From assembly GCA_002633005.1 (NCBI GenBank), contig NMRA01000134.1, positions 655,719-719,718 of the forward strand: a stretch of DNA of 64,000 nt, written 5' to 3'. The notes under the pieces were generated by a model that was given only the letters and a program-made list of their open reading frames with translations, was not told the origin of the DNA and made no database searches. The position numbers were made by a program, and so were the translations under genes. This document shows, one piece after another, positions 37,001-49,329 of this stretch. Each line of letters starts with the position of its first letter. Within the stretch, counting starts at the first letter, position 1. The DNA comes from Phoronis australis. Its lineage: Eukaryota > Animalia > Phoronida.

Positions 37001-40000
37001 ATCAATTACTTGAGGAAACCTGACAAAAGTTGATCATGGTTGACAATTACCGTTTACACAGGTTACTTCCCCAACGTTCCCCCACACAGTATAAGCATGC
37101 GAGCACACCACCTGCAGGCGAGGGAGAGAATGGATGGCACATGCCAGGACAGACAAAATTACCTTTTACTGCTGGTCTCATCAGGCTATTAAACAACAAA
37201 GTACACTCCATACATGAACCAATTAAAGCCTGAGCACACATACTGAAGGGTCAAAAGTAAAACAGAAAGCAAAAATAAACAAAGTAAACAAGGCAGGAAA
37301 GACTGAAAATCTGATTTCTATCCTCGAGAGCCACTGTCTGGAAGGGTCATTTTCTTTATTTAAACTGCTGCAAGTACGAAGGTCAGACACAATTAATCAG
37401 AAACAGGAGTATTTCACAGGTGCGAAGGTCAATGGCCTATCAAACAAAGCACTGTAACTCATACTCTTGTTCTCAGTAGAAGATGAATCACTGCAATCAA
37501 AAATCTGTTAGTTTTCAAAAATCCATCGCAGGTGTTTTTACCTGTGCGTAAACAAGCCTTTATCAAGTTAGGGATTTGTGTAAACACCAAATCAAAACAT
37601 GTTTATAAAGCATCAAAACGATCAGTTTTGATGCAAAAACACGCCTAGAGCAGTATATTCAGGCTCCCAAACAATTTCACCCTTTGTCAAAATTGAAATT
37701 GTTATGACTAAGATGTACGCCAAATAAATGTCATGTGATGGGTCTCTGGCTCCCTTCCCAAGTCCAAAATCATTTTTCCAACGAACAAGGAACATGTCTA
37801 CCAGATAAGAAGTCTATAATTCAAAAGTACTTGTTTTGACACCAAAAATCAAGGAAGGCATGCAGTGCTTTATAGCATGCAAGAGAGGTGCATGACAAAG
37901 ACCTTCTGCTACAATAGCCTATCAGTTTTCCATTTGGCCCCCATGATAATTACAAAAAGCCACGGATTGACAAACCCTTTTGCCTCGCAGCCCCATTTTG
38001 TACGAATGAGTGCTACATGTACTAAATGTTTTTAACTGACGTAACATCTCTATGTGCTTGTTTTAATTTTATCTCAGCAGAACATAGTGGCAACTGTTTT
38101 TCCATTTAATAATTTCATTGGGAATGTTCAAACTAAGTACTGTCTGTGTATAGATACTTTAGAAATAAAATTAATGACTAGAGAATTCTGTAGTTGAAAA
38201 GGTGCTCACATTGTTGAACGAATATCTCAAAAGACGTAATTAACTCTTGCAATTGAAAAAAAACACAATAGTATGCACACTGCACTTTTCTGGTGTCTTT
38301 GATACCACAACTGAGAACTACAGCAGACTACAAAAAACCACAATGCCTGGGGAAAAATATAAGTAAAACAAAATATTCTAGGACCATAGGTGCATCTGGC
38401 CTTTGTTGTTTGGAGTGGGGCATGTGATATATAGATTTGTCCCAATTCATCAACCTACGTCAAAATACGAGTAAATATCGATTTCTCACAACGATGTGAC
38501 TTAGAGGCACCCTTCCGGACCCAACCAAAACAATTTCAGGGTTTACATTAACATTTTCCTTAGAAAATTGTGGTTGGCACGGTTGGCACCACACTTGCGA
38601 CAACATAGAGCTAACAGTGGATACATCATGTAAACAAAAAGATGGAATTTACTGTTTGAGAAAAGGAGATCAATTTTACAAAGTTACATCCTGCATCAAA
38701 ATTCATTAAAAAGTAAATTTCTTATAAGAATTTGTAAAAATTGTTCATGAATAAGAACTTTTACTTGGGTTTTCGCATAAACGTGTAAATCAGACAGCAA
38801 TGAACCCTGAGGTGCAACATCTATTGAATGAATGCCTACAATTGACAAGAGCATTTCCATCCAGTCCAGGGAGGCTCATGGGAGTTGAAGTATCCTATGG
38901 GGAACCTCCTTCAAGAAACATTCTGAATTTAGGTTTGAGTGAATTCGGAGGTAGTTCGTTATGGTTTTAGTGTAAAACCTTGTTTTACAAAATCAAAGAA
39001 ACCACCGAGTAAAAGTTGGAGAAAATACTAAAAAACACAAGCAGTGTCTCAGGAAAACTATAAATAATGGTTTAGTAATAATGATCTTCAAAAAGATTTT
39101 TGCAATTCTTCGCGCAAAAATATCAACAATATTGCTAGAACCACACAATCAAGTGTTGTTCACAAACAGTGGTCTTCAAGATTACCAAGTTTTAAATTTT
39201 ATTCCTCCAATTCTGGCCAATGCTATCACATGGTTCTATTTATTAGTTCTCTTTTGTTTTGATGCTGAGGTACTTTTAAGATAATGTGATTTTATTGGGT
39301 AACTGGAATTCCATCTACTTCCTGTGTGAAAAGCTGACAATAGGTTCTCTTTTTCATCGAAATTATATCTCTTCCATATGCACCCTCTGTAATGCGTTCC
39401 CGTGTTGGCTGCAGCACTAATTTTTTTCTTATTTTGCCCAACTTTTCCATAATTCATGTCTGAATGGGGCAGGCATTCCCCCCACCTGGTATGCCTATTG
39501 ACTAGGACAACACATCAAAAGCAGACAGTGCTACAAAGTACTTTGACAAGTCTAGGCATGTTTGATCACAAAAGCCAACAATTTCTTTAACAACAGGGCT
39601 GCATGCTATAAGGCTAGATGACTTTGGCAAGATCACTCAAGTATTCACCAGATATTGCCTCACATGACACGTAAAATACTGATCTCACAAGGGAATACAC
39701 CCATTGTGGGTGCCACGGTATGAGTGATGGCCCTGTAATGGTGCTGCTCAATTGATTTACTTGTGATTGATACAGTAAAGTAATATGTATGGAAACAGTT
39801 GTCAATAATAGATTGTATACATATACACAGCCAAAATTGCATTTTTACCTTAGTATACAAATTACAGGTTAGCTGCATGACCAAAAAAGAAAAGAGTCAA
39901 TTATTGGTTTTCCGTTTTTGTAAAATCTAAACATTACTTACATTTTTTGTTTCCCAACGTCACTTGCAAAGTGCAGAGTACAGAACATTAGAAAAAGAGA

Positions 40001-40679
40001 CTGAATTTTAGATTTCTCTTTTACGAACATTTGTGATAAGCTACTACTGGAGGACAACGCAACACTCTCAAATCTTTTTGGATGTTGACTACTGGTCTAG
40101 TCAGGCTGCGCTTATCGCTTTACTAGAAATAACAAGTACTACAGAGTTGTTAGTGCAAAAAGATGAAATGCTGTTCCTCTAACATCAACAAAGACGATTT
40201 TTATTTTCTGCTTTGCAAATTAATAGAAAAAACGTCTTTCGATCTATGGGTGTCAGTTGCAATTTCGGGTCACATTTTAACAAATCATTAATGGACTCAA
40301 TTGTCAAAGTTTCCATTTTTTGAAAAAAAAATTGGCTCACTTTTCTATTTTTTAATATCGGTCAATCCATACATACACCTTAACAGTTCATTATCAAATA
40401 TTAGCCAGCTCCATTGATTAAAACTGACTACAAATGTTCAACTGAAGTCAAAGTTGAATGTGAACTGCTTTTTGAAAAAAAAATCTCCCGAGTCGTGTAC
40501 AGTACGTCCGTGCAGTACCCAACGAAACTGGCTAACGTGGCTTAGCCTTAAGTAGCATGAACCATTATTTTGAGCCATTTCAGTATTTTTTCTATTCCAT
40601 GGGCAAGTTGACCGATGGCTATTATCTCTACACATGACGCACAACTTGCGTTATAAAACACTTTTCCACGCTCAACTAC

Positions 40680-40874
40680 CTTTTTATCACGGTGCTTCTT
40701 TTCCGAATTTTGCAACTTCTCCACGACCTTACGTGGATGTCCACCTTCATGTTGATTTGTATTCATTTCTGCCTCTTTTTTTGAACGTTGCTTGCCACTG
40801 TGACCCGAGTACATGTGCTTTTCGACGTCGTTGTCATAGTTATAACTTTCGTACTCGTCCCCCTCTTGATCCAT
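40680..40874 (-). CDS. NUPR1: NUPR1/p8 (nuclear protein 1, stress-induced) homolog, main coding exon (65 aa)
   Basis: MDQEGDEYESYNYD...SGHSGKQRSKKEAEMNTNQHEGGHPRKVVEKLQNSEKK matches the p8-family pattern DEY..YN....SG..GK.R.K.EA...TN....GH.RK...KL.N. Likely donor AAG|gtagtt at 40679; the unspliced ORF would run to 40548. Confidence 0.9.
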
Positions 40875-40957
40875 TTTGCTCTCACTTCAGCTGCAACTTC
40901 CCAAAAAATATGCCACGCAGTCGTTTTCTTCAAATGATGTTGTCGCGAATGAGAAAT

Positions 40958-41035
40958 GGGTCAGGTCAAACTTGCGTCACTCTTTCTGTCTATTTTTAGA
41001 ATCTTATCAGCTGTCTCGCTTCTGATTGGATGACG
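40958..41035 (-). promoter_or_regulatory. Putative NUPR1 proximal promoter
   Basis: Minus strand has CCAATCAG (about 41022..41029) and TGACGCAA (40972..40979), 100-155 nt upstream of the ATG. Confidence 0.4.
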
Positions 41036-41488
41036 GAGACAGACACACCATGTGACTTTTGTTATTGTCGCGTATGGGCACACGTGGGTTTGCGATCATC
41101 CTGTAGTCAGTCCACGAAGGAACAGTACATATGACCCCCCGCCCCCTGCGAAATATGTTTCGTAGGGGAGAAGGTTGGAGACTTCCCTCCATAAAAATTT
41201 GGAACTACAATAGGTTTCAATTGAAATGTTTTATTTATCACTTCATGGGTATTTTGTGAAGAAAAGAACAGGTGTGCGTCCGGTGGCATCAAGGCAGCTC
41301 GGTAACGACGGGGAACTGAAGTCTCGGAAAACGTTCGGCAGGTACACAAAAAACAGAAAATTATCCCAGGGTGCTATATTCAAAACAGATGGGTACTTAT
41401 ACAGAAATTACAATCAATCCTAAAGCATAAAAATATGTTCTTGGCAACTTCGTCCTTTGTAGTTTGAGTGGGCTGGACACTTCAGGAT

Positions 41489-41630
41489 GCGGCGCACCAT
41501 AGGGGGCTGGGGGGCTATAGCCCCCCACTTTTTTCAGTGCAGTGCCGTTCATGGTCTATAGGCGGCGCACCAAAGGGGAGCTGGGGGGCTTTAGCCCCCC
41601 ACTATTTTTTTCACTGCTGCGCCGCCCATG
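41489..41630. repeat. Direct repeat x2 of about 70 bp (GC-rich MITE end)
   Basis: gcggcgcacca..ggggctggggggct.tagccccccact occurs twice. Confidence 0.75.
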
Positions 41631-43616
41631 TGAGGTTGTGTTTGGTCACTGCGGTGCGGTACGTCGGTACTGAAAACATAACACAGCTAATTTTTTTATC
41701 ATTTAGCTGTGTACTTCAAACTACACTTTAGAATAATGCGCAACAGTGCAAACCAGATGTGTCCCCCCACTTCGTCAGAGGCCAACGAGTGTACTGGCCA
41801 GGTACGACGGTCCCCTTCTCTAACTGTCCAGTTTACAGAAAAAGATGAGACATTCAGGGAGGAAGAAAACACACAGTCGATGTTTAAAATATTTAAAATA
41901 ACTACAATGGATAAGAGTGATTAACTGTGAATTGACTGCAACCACTTCGGAGATCATTTCACACAAACTCACTTTAAAAATGTACTCAAGAGCCAAAGAA
42001 TTTCCAATTGTCTTTTCCCCTTGCATTTCTTACGACTATGGAATTGAGACAAGCCTGGTAAACGGTAAGTGGGAGTCACAAGTTTTGCTATCACCTTTAT
42101 TTTAATTTATCCCCTCTTCCGTGATGACGTGCGTGTTAGTGGATAATCAGTACATCTCACGTGAAAAAATAAATATGTTTTTCCACTACAGAGTTCGGTA
42201 AGTTTACCATTGTCAGATTTAGTACGAAAGGTAGCCGTTGTATGACGTTTTACATGGATACAAATACTTCGAAACTTGGTTGAGTGAATCGATATAGCGG
42301 CCCTCGCAGAGATATACGCTGCTGTTTAGTGTGTTGGGTTCGAAGGGTGCTTTACCTGACACGATTGTTTTGGTTAGTAATCGCGTTATCAATCTACATT
42401 GATGCCTAACGTCTGCGATGTCTCTAATTAATGACGTTCCTTGAGTAAACTACTTATTTTTTATTGTCCCTGCAGGCGTTCAGCTGTTCAGGCTGTGGTT
42501 AGTGTGGTAGGCCTAATATGTAACCTCTGGTTCCCGGGCCTCACAAGATGACGTCACGGATAACCAATCTCGTGGGTCTGTGCAGGAGACTAGCCTAATG
42601 TGCTGGTCACAAAGATGATGTCAATACACCAGTCGACTGTGATACTATCAAGAAAATGAGAGGGGGGCATAAAATGTGTAATAACTAATTAGTGGATATG
42701 TGGAATAAAACGAAACAAAGATATGTTGCACAAAAGTACGCGTATTTAACATATCTAAAAGGCAATTGGCTCATTTTACGCTGTCATTAATGAGCAGGAC
42801 TTGCAATGTGATTTATGTTCCTGAATTTCAACGATCTTAGGACCATTTCATTAATAACTCTTCTCATTAACATCCAACGTTCTCAAAAAATTCTTCACTT
42901 TAATTTCAATTTTTAAACAAGATTTGAGCTTTGAAACTTTTAATAAAATATCAAATACAGCAAAACGTCTGGCTGCCAGTCATTTGTTATTGTTACCCGA
43001 ATCATTTGTTATTGTTACCAGAACAGTTGAGTGGGCCAGGCGGGTGAAAACCTTTTGTCTCCTCTTTACTCCCAACATTCTGGCTGGGTGCACTCTTGCA
43101 ATTTGGTAAAAAAAAACAAACTATTATTGTGATACTATTGGAAAAAGTAACATTATGTTATAAATATCAGTCGGAAATAGTCATTTTGTGTAATTCCCAA
43201 ATAGTGGTCATCACGTTCTTCAAAATTCCACCTTTTCGATGGCGGTCAATCTTATTGTATTTTTCACATTTTGGATTTTTGGGTCGAATGTCTTGATACT
43301 GCTGTATTGCGCACGAATGTTTTGTGTTTTGGGTGAATTTGGAATCTCAGCTTCCCCTCGTGAATACTTGGCGGTGTCGGATTTACATGTATAGAGGGTC
43401 AAAGGGACAATTCCCCTGAACCGCCCCACCGAGAGAGGGTCCCGTCTGAAATAGAACACATACAGATGAAAGGCTAAACATCACTAAGCTTGGAAAAGAG
43501 TGTCAGTTCATTTCATCGTCGCCTGACCCTGCAAGAAAGGACCTTCCTTAACATGAAAGCCGGTTCTTCGATATACAAAAAATAGGGAAACAGAGGTAAC
43601 CCGTGTCAACATTTGG

Positions 43617-43690
43617 CCCTCTCTCCGTGAGCCGCCCCTCTCCCCGTGAGCCGCCCCTCCGTCTCCGTGAGCCGCCCCTCTCTCCGTGAG
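43617..43690. repeat. 20-bp GC-rich tandem repeat, about 4 copies
   Basis: ccctctctccgtgagccgcc units. Confidence 0.9.
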
Positions 43691-44490
43691 ATGTCCCTTA
43701 AGAATTTGTCAGTAAAAACAGGAAAAGGGTGGCCACTTGAATGTCATCAATGTCTCCCTTCAAGGGCTGGGCCACTAAATGTGAAAAGATATATATTTTC
43801 AAAGATCAGGGAATGCGCAGCAATTGATGTTATCTGTCAGGTCATCAAATTTTCTCAATTGATATACAATTTCAAGACAAAAAAATTGAGCGACAGTCGT
43901 CTCCGTTATCCGTAGGAGCCTCTGAAAAAGTATAGTTTTGCATTCGCAAGATTGTCTTATTGAATTTAAAATGTTCTCGATTTTTAAAAAAAAATATTAA
44001 GTGCACGTTTTCAAGTGCGTTTAGACGACCTATGCGGCAAAACGGAGACCCTAACAATGTCCTGGCCACTCAGGGCCCTCAAAGTGTAACCATGCACTGA
44101 AACTGAGTTGTCAAATGTTCTCTTGAATTGTCTCTCTTATCCGTATTCGACGGTCTTTTCTCGACTGTCCGGGGCTCACGCCTATGTCGGTTGCCACGGT
44201 TTAACCATGACGCCGACAATTTTTTTTGGGGGGGGGGCCCGTGCTCCCCCCCCCCCCCTGCCCAACCCGCTTCCTACGGCCCTGCAAATACTCCTTTCCT
44301 GAATGTCACTCCATTTGTCAACAACATTTGGAACTTGCCATTTTGTTGTCGTGATGATCGGACGAAGTTCATGTAACAACTTGATTTTGATGGTTAGCAT
44401 GAGGCATAATTTGCCAAACAACGTAGAAAATAAATCTGAAACTAAATAAGGCTATCCAGATCCTCCCAAGGATACCATTGTTTCACGAAA

Positions 44491-44640
44491 TGTAGAATAT
44501 AAATAGGTAAATAAAACAACAAGAATGGATCAACTGAAATTTTCGGATGTAATAACGTCCTTTGTTTCTGTTGACAAAGGACGTTATTACATCCGAAAAT
44601 TTCAGTTGATCCATTCTTGTTTACCTATTTATATTCTGCA
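44491..44640. repeat. Long palindrome (48-bp perfect arms plus 18-bp outer arms), Penelope-like terminal remnant
   Basis: 44518..44565 is the reverse complement of 44574..44621; 8-nt loop. Confidence 0.9.
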
Positions 44641-45253
44641 TAATTTGCCGAAATGCTTCTGGCGTGCGTATAGAGAGCCTATGGGATGGTTACTCTCTGT
44701 GACCAGACCAGCTCAGAGATCATGGACTTTCTAAGACGTCAAAGCCTTACAATGGGCCAGAACCTCTGATCTGATGGTGGTCCCTCATAAAATCTGGTGA
44801 ACTCTCAGCGACTAGGCTCCATTCGCCTACTCACTACTACCTACGTTACTATATTAGCTAACATTTGCTCGTTATGTCTACGCGAAGCGTAGCTCCAGCA
44901 GACAAAATTAATTCATGTCAATGGGACCCGACCGCGGATTTGAGTGGCGCTGAAAGACAGTATTTTTTATATCCGATAGATGTCGCTTCTATTAATTTCT
45001 GTACCTTGGATATTTCACTTTTGAGAAGCGCCATGTTTTGAAAGCGCGCTTGTAGTTGAAGTCTTTGAAGTCAAGCTGGGATAGAATTACCCTATTTCGT
45101 GAAGTTTCGCTCACAAGCAAGGTGAAGAGACTGCTACGAAGCAACTGCCGTTTAACAAGAATATATCGGAACATCAAAAAGTTGTAGTTTTCACTCAAGG
45201 AAGCATGCGTTTGGAAACTGTTTTGTGACGCTGTGTGTGATACTATCGCCACA

Positions 45254-45309
45254 ATGACAGACATCATGGAATGGTCTGCTGACGACACCAGTGTTAGGGT
45301 TGCTTTAAG
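45254..45309 (+). CDS. KIF21: First coding exon of a kinesin-4 family motor, KIF21-like (MTDIMEWSADDTSVRVALR)
   Basis: DDTSVRVAL(R) resembles the start of kinesin-4 motor domains (KIF21A DESSVRVAVR, KIF4 VRVALR); strong donor AG|gtgagc. The expected IRPQ exon was not found in the window, so the call rests on 19 residues. Confidence 0.65.
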
Positions 45310-46004
45310 GTGAGCTGAATAACGCAGCGTTACTCCAAAGTACCTATTTCAATACTCAGTGTATTTCTATTTCCAGTAGTCTTTTATTTCCAGTGACGAA
45401 ATGCTCTGTCGACATCGTGGGGAAAATTCTAGTTTCACGCTTCATTTTCACGGATTCACAGGTGGCATATGCCTGGTCGGAGACTTGAATTATGACAAGT
45501 TCATGTAGATGGCATTTTCCCGTTGTTGGCACTGTTGTAGTAGAAGCACTTACAAACCTTCCATCACAAAAAACAAACTTTGATCTATACAATTTCCCTT
45601 AAAAATTCTTAAAATGAAATTGGTCTCAAATTGTTCCTTGGCTTAATCGTCAGGTGATTTACCAGAGTAAGCCTGAGGAAGGGCTTTGAAAGACAACATG
45701 TTATTGCTTGATACCAGGTGCTACAAGTTGGCTTGTCACTCCATATCATTCTATGCAAGGAGCATGATTGAATTTAGAAAAATTTTGTCAGTTCCTTGCA
45801 AGCCTAGAAATCACTTCTCTGAGTAAGCAACAAGTTGAGACTAATTTTATAATAGTATATAATTATATATTAGTGGTCTAAATTTAAACTTTGGTTCTTT
45901 GACGGAATGCCAATTTATTTCTGCTCTTAGTGTTGAATTAATTGTCCACAAAAAACGGGAATTTCTTAAATTCTCCTGAGTTCATTTAAATTGAGATAGG
46001 AATC

Positions 46005-46625
46005 CAGTGGCGGATCTAGGATATCACAAGGGGGGGGGGCCAACATTTTGTCTAGCTGTAAGCATTTGCGCAAAGTGAACCACAATTGTAGATGCGCATA
46101 GCACTGAATGGGGGGAGGTCAGGAGGGGGGTTTGCCTCCCTCCCGCTCAGGAAATTTTTCTGTTTTTACCTCTAAAAATCAAGCATTTTCCTTGATTCCT
46201 GAAGTATTATCCTAGAAAAAAAGGCAAAAAAAAACTGAGAACGTGTCAAACAGGAAAAACATCAAGTTCCAAAGAATCGAACTCACGACCTGGCGGTTAT
46301 GGCGCGCGTGCATTACCACTACACCACCACGATTTAACTACTATTCTCATACTAAGAGACCTACTTGTTTATGGTCCACAGCGTTTGCGCGCGAAACCTA
46401 CTTCTTTTTGTAATGCTTATTACACGTTTTATATTTTGTGCCATTAATTCTTAACAAATTTGTCGTATTTAAAGTAGTCTTCAAATGCCCAAAAGACCAA
46501 ATCCGTTTTTCGTGTTGGCAATAATGACATTTCCCTACGCTCTTACTGCTTTATTTTTTTTTTGCGGCAGCCAAGGGGGGTGGGGGGCGGGACCCCTGGG
46601 CCCCCCGCTCCTAAATCCGCCTGTG
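46005..46625. mobile_element. MITE with G/C-run subtermini and 5-bp TSD
   Basis: TIR cagtggcggatctagg / cctaaatccgcctgtg; GAATC at 46000..46004 and 46626..46630. Confidence 0.8.
46266..46330 (-). pseudogene. tRNA-derived fragment (Met-like) or SINE head inside the MITE
   Basis: Minus strand has A-box tggtgtagtgg, a ccataac anticodon-like loop and B-box gttcgattc; stems are degenerate. Confidence 0.55.
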
Positions 46626-47891
46626 GAATCATTGATTTATTCATAGATTTGATTGTGATGACTCGTGGTGTTCTTTCTGTACATGCCAAGATTTCAGTTG
46701 TTGTTACAGAAAATTGCTTATGTTTTGTGGCTAAACATTTTTCGAATCTGAAGTTGTTGATTTAATTCAAAATTCTAGTTCTAGTCTTTAATACCGAACA
46801 ATTATTAAAATTATTTGTGTTTGATTAAGTCTGTTTCGTCAGTCTTGGCACATCCAGAAGTGGGAGCCAAGTTATTGTCATGAAAACGTGTTCGTTGGAA
46901 TCATCCCTAAAGCTCCTTTGTTTTCATGCAGTTTTGATAATAGATACTACAAATGTTCTGTTAATTCATAATTGTTGAGCCATTTCCTATCTGCACCAGA
47001 TACATGACTCCTGTACACTCGGAACAGGTGTCATAACACCAACAGATGTTCGCATTCCTCCTCCAGTGTGCCAGCATGCCATCTACTTTTTAAGTGGAAC
47101 GATTGTTTTGCACTCACTGCTGGTAACATTTGTTTGACACTCTAATAGTACGGTAATTGAAACAATTCTTTCCTCTGGAATAAGTCCAGGAAGGAAGTAC
47201 TGGAGTAGTGTGTACAGCAAGTGTCTGAGTGCATGAACACGTGTCTAAGATTTCCTGAAGGGGATGGACAAAACTTGCTACATAGCTCAATGATGATTTA
47301 CTACCGTGTATAACTGTGCCGAAATGTTTTGTTTAAGGTCTAAACTTAGGTTAGTTTTCACAAATATCAAAGTCTTATTTTTTTCTGTGTATTTGGTTTG
47401 ATTTTTAATTGACTTTGCATAATATTTCGTTTTTAACTTCCCCGCAGAAAGGTCACAATTAGTCATGGATAGATGTTTCAGATTATGTGTTTATATTTCA
47501 AAGTCTCACTCTAATGTACTGTCCACACCAAACTGGTCGTAACACTTAAACTCTTTGAGTCTTGGCACTTTGGAACCACCTTTAAAGTTGTAACTGTAGA
47601 TTGGTTACAACCTTCTGTTATTGTGAGAGTGGTTTAGAGAGAGGTTATACTGTTGTAACTCAGTGTGAACAGGGTGAACATGACAATTGTAAAAGTTATA
47701 ACTGTAGGTGGTGCTGCTGTCAAATCCATAAACATGGGATACAACTGTTATAACTGGGCTTGGTAAGGATTGCAGAATAGTTACAACTATGGAAAGGTTT
47801 TGTTGGTCTGAGCACAGCTCTAGTCAACCAACCAACAGCCCATTGTGCATTTGTAGGCTTTTTTTAATCTTTTGACTTCTTTCAGAGCATT

Positions 47892-48165
47892 GGAAATCTC
47901 AGAATAACTAGTACTCCTGATCCTGAGAAGGGCAATCTCAAAATAACTGGCACCTTTGGTTCTGAGAAGGGAAATCTCTAACTAACTGGTAGCCCTGGTC
48001 CTGAGAAGGGAAATCTCAAAATAACTGGAATCCCTGGTCTTGAGAAGGGAAATCTCAAAATATAAGTGGTACCGCTGGTTCTGAGAAGGGAAATCTCAAA
48101 ATAACTGGTACTCCTGGTCCTGAGAAGGAAAATCTCAAAAATATTTGGTGCTTCCGGTCCTGAAA
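47892..48165. repeat. 39-bp minisatellite, about 7 copies
   Basis: Unit approximately gaaatctcaaaataactggtactcctggtcctgagaagg, starting at 47893, 47932, 47971, 48010, 48049, 48090, 48129. Confidence 0.95.
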
Positions 48166-49090
48166 ATGATAATGTTACATAAGTGTGGCACCAGTGGGAA
48201 AACGAAAGTTGACCGTTCAACAGTTTCACTTGTATCCTGTTGCATCAAGCAGTTGACTGAGGTATCATTTTTTGCTATGCTATAAGTTGGCAGGCAATAG
48301 CACATTAAGATTTCTGATGACTCAGTATGGTGTCTACAGCAATAGAAATGAACAAAATAATGAATCAGGGACGTTGGAAGCATTGGCAGTGTGAATAGAA
48401 TTGGCTTTGGCTACAAGCAGTGCAAAATCATGGTAAACTGTCGCCTTTGTATTTTGAGTGCCTTACAAGATGAGAGAGCTCATTCAAAATCCAATTCTCC
48501 TTCAGGAAACTCAGTCCCACTGAGATCTGCCTCAGAGGAGCACTCTTATTCTGGGCACTTGTCATACCTTGAAGGTGTCAGTACAACACACCTGTGGCTC
48601 TAGTCTAGAGAGATATTGACAGTTATTTATTCACCTGCTTACTACTCAGGGTCCTGTTTTATCAGAAGTCAATCAGTTCATTAACACAGCTATGTGGCTT
48701 GTGAGGACAGCAATAAAAATGCAGATACAAATTTGCATAATGTTGTTGTTCTTACAGCCACAACCAAGCCTATGAACTTTCATAAAATAGACCCGTGGGG
48801 AAGGGGTTGGGGGTTGCCCTTTTGAACCTTGAATGGTGTGTCCAGTTGATGTTAATGTAACAATTGAGTGGGGGGGGGTGGTAGTTTCAGTTCATGGTTC
48901 TTCTGGCCCTTGTGTCTTGTCATCACTGCTCAGTTATGAATAGGGAGGTGTCCAGTGACACACCTACGCTTGTGAGATGGGATGGATTTGTTGTGCTACC
49001 ATTTTCAATTGTTTCGTTGTCCTTAGAGCAATACTGAGTTTTTTATGATAAAGAAAACCTTGATGGCTAACGAAAGCGAAAAGTATGATG

Positions 49091-49258
49091 CACACACACA
49101 GACACAGACACAGACAGACACACAGACACACAGACACAGACAGACACAGACACAGACACACAGACACACATACACACATACACACAAACACACAGACACA
49201 CAGACACACAGACACACAGACAGACAGACACACACACACACAGACACACACACACACA

Positions 49259-49325
<67 letters not shown>

Positions 49326-49329
49326 ACAC
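49091..49329. repeat. Compound (CA)n/(CAGA)n microsatellite
   Basis: Direct inspection; source of the spurious HT/VC ORFs. Confidence 0.97.

Noticed and set aside
37165-37243. Minus-strand AG/GT-bounded 79-nt segment as a NUPR1 exon
   Set aside because: Introduces a hydrophobic, non-homologous peptide and an early stop; no other support.
46266-46330. Functional tRNA-Met
   Set aside because: Acceptor and anticodon stems do not pair properly; embedded in a MITE.
47892-48165. CRISPR-like regular repeats (also 18365..18920)
   Set aside because: Contiguous tandem units without unique spacers, eukaryotic intron context, no cas genes.
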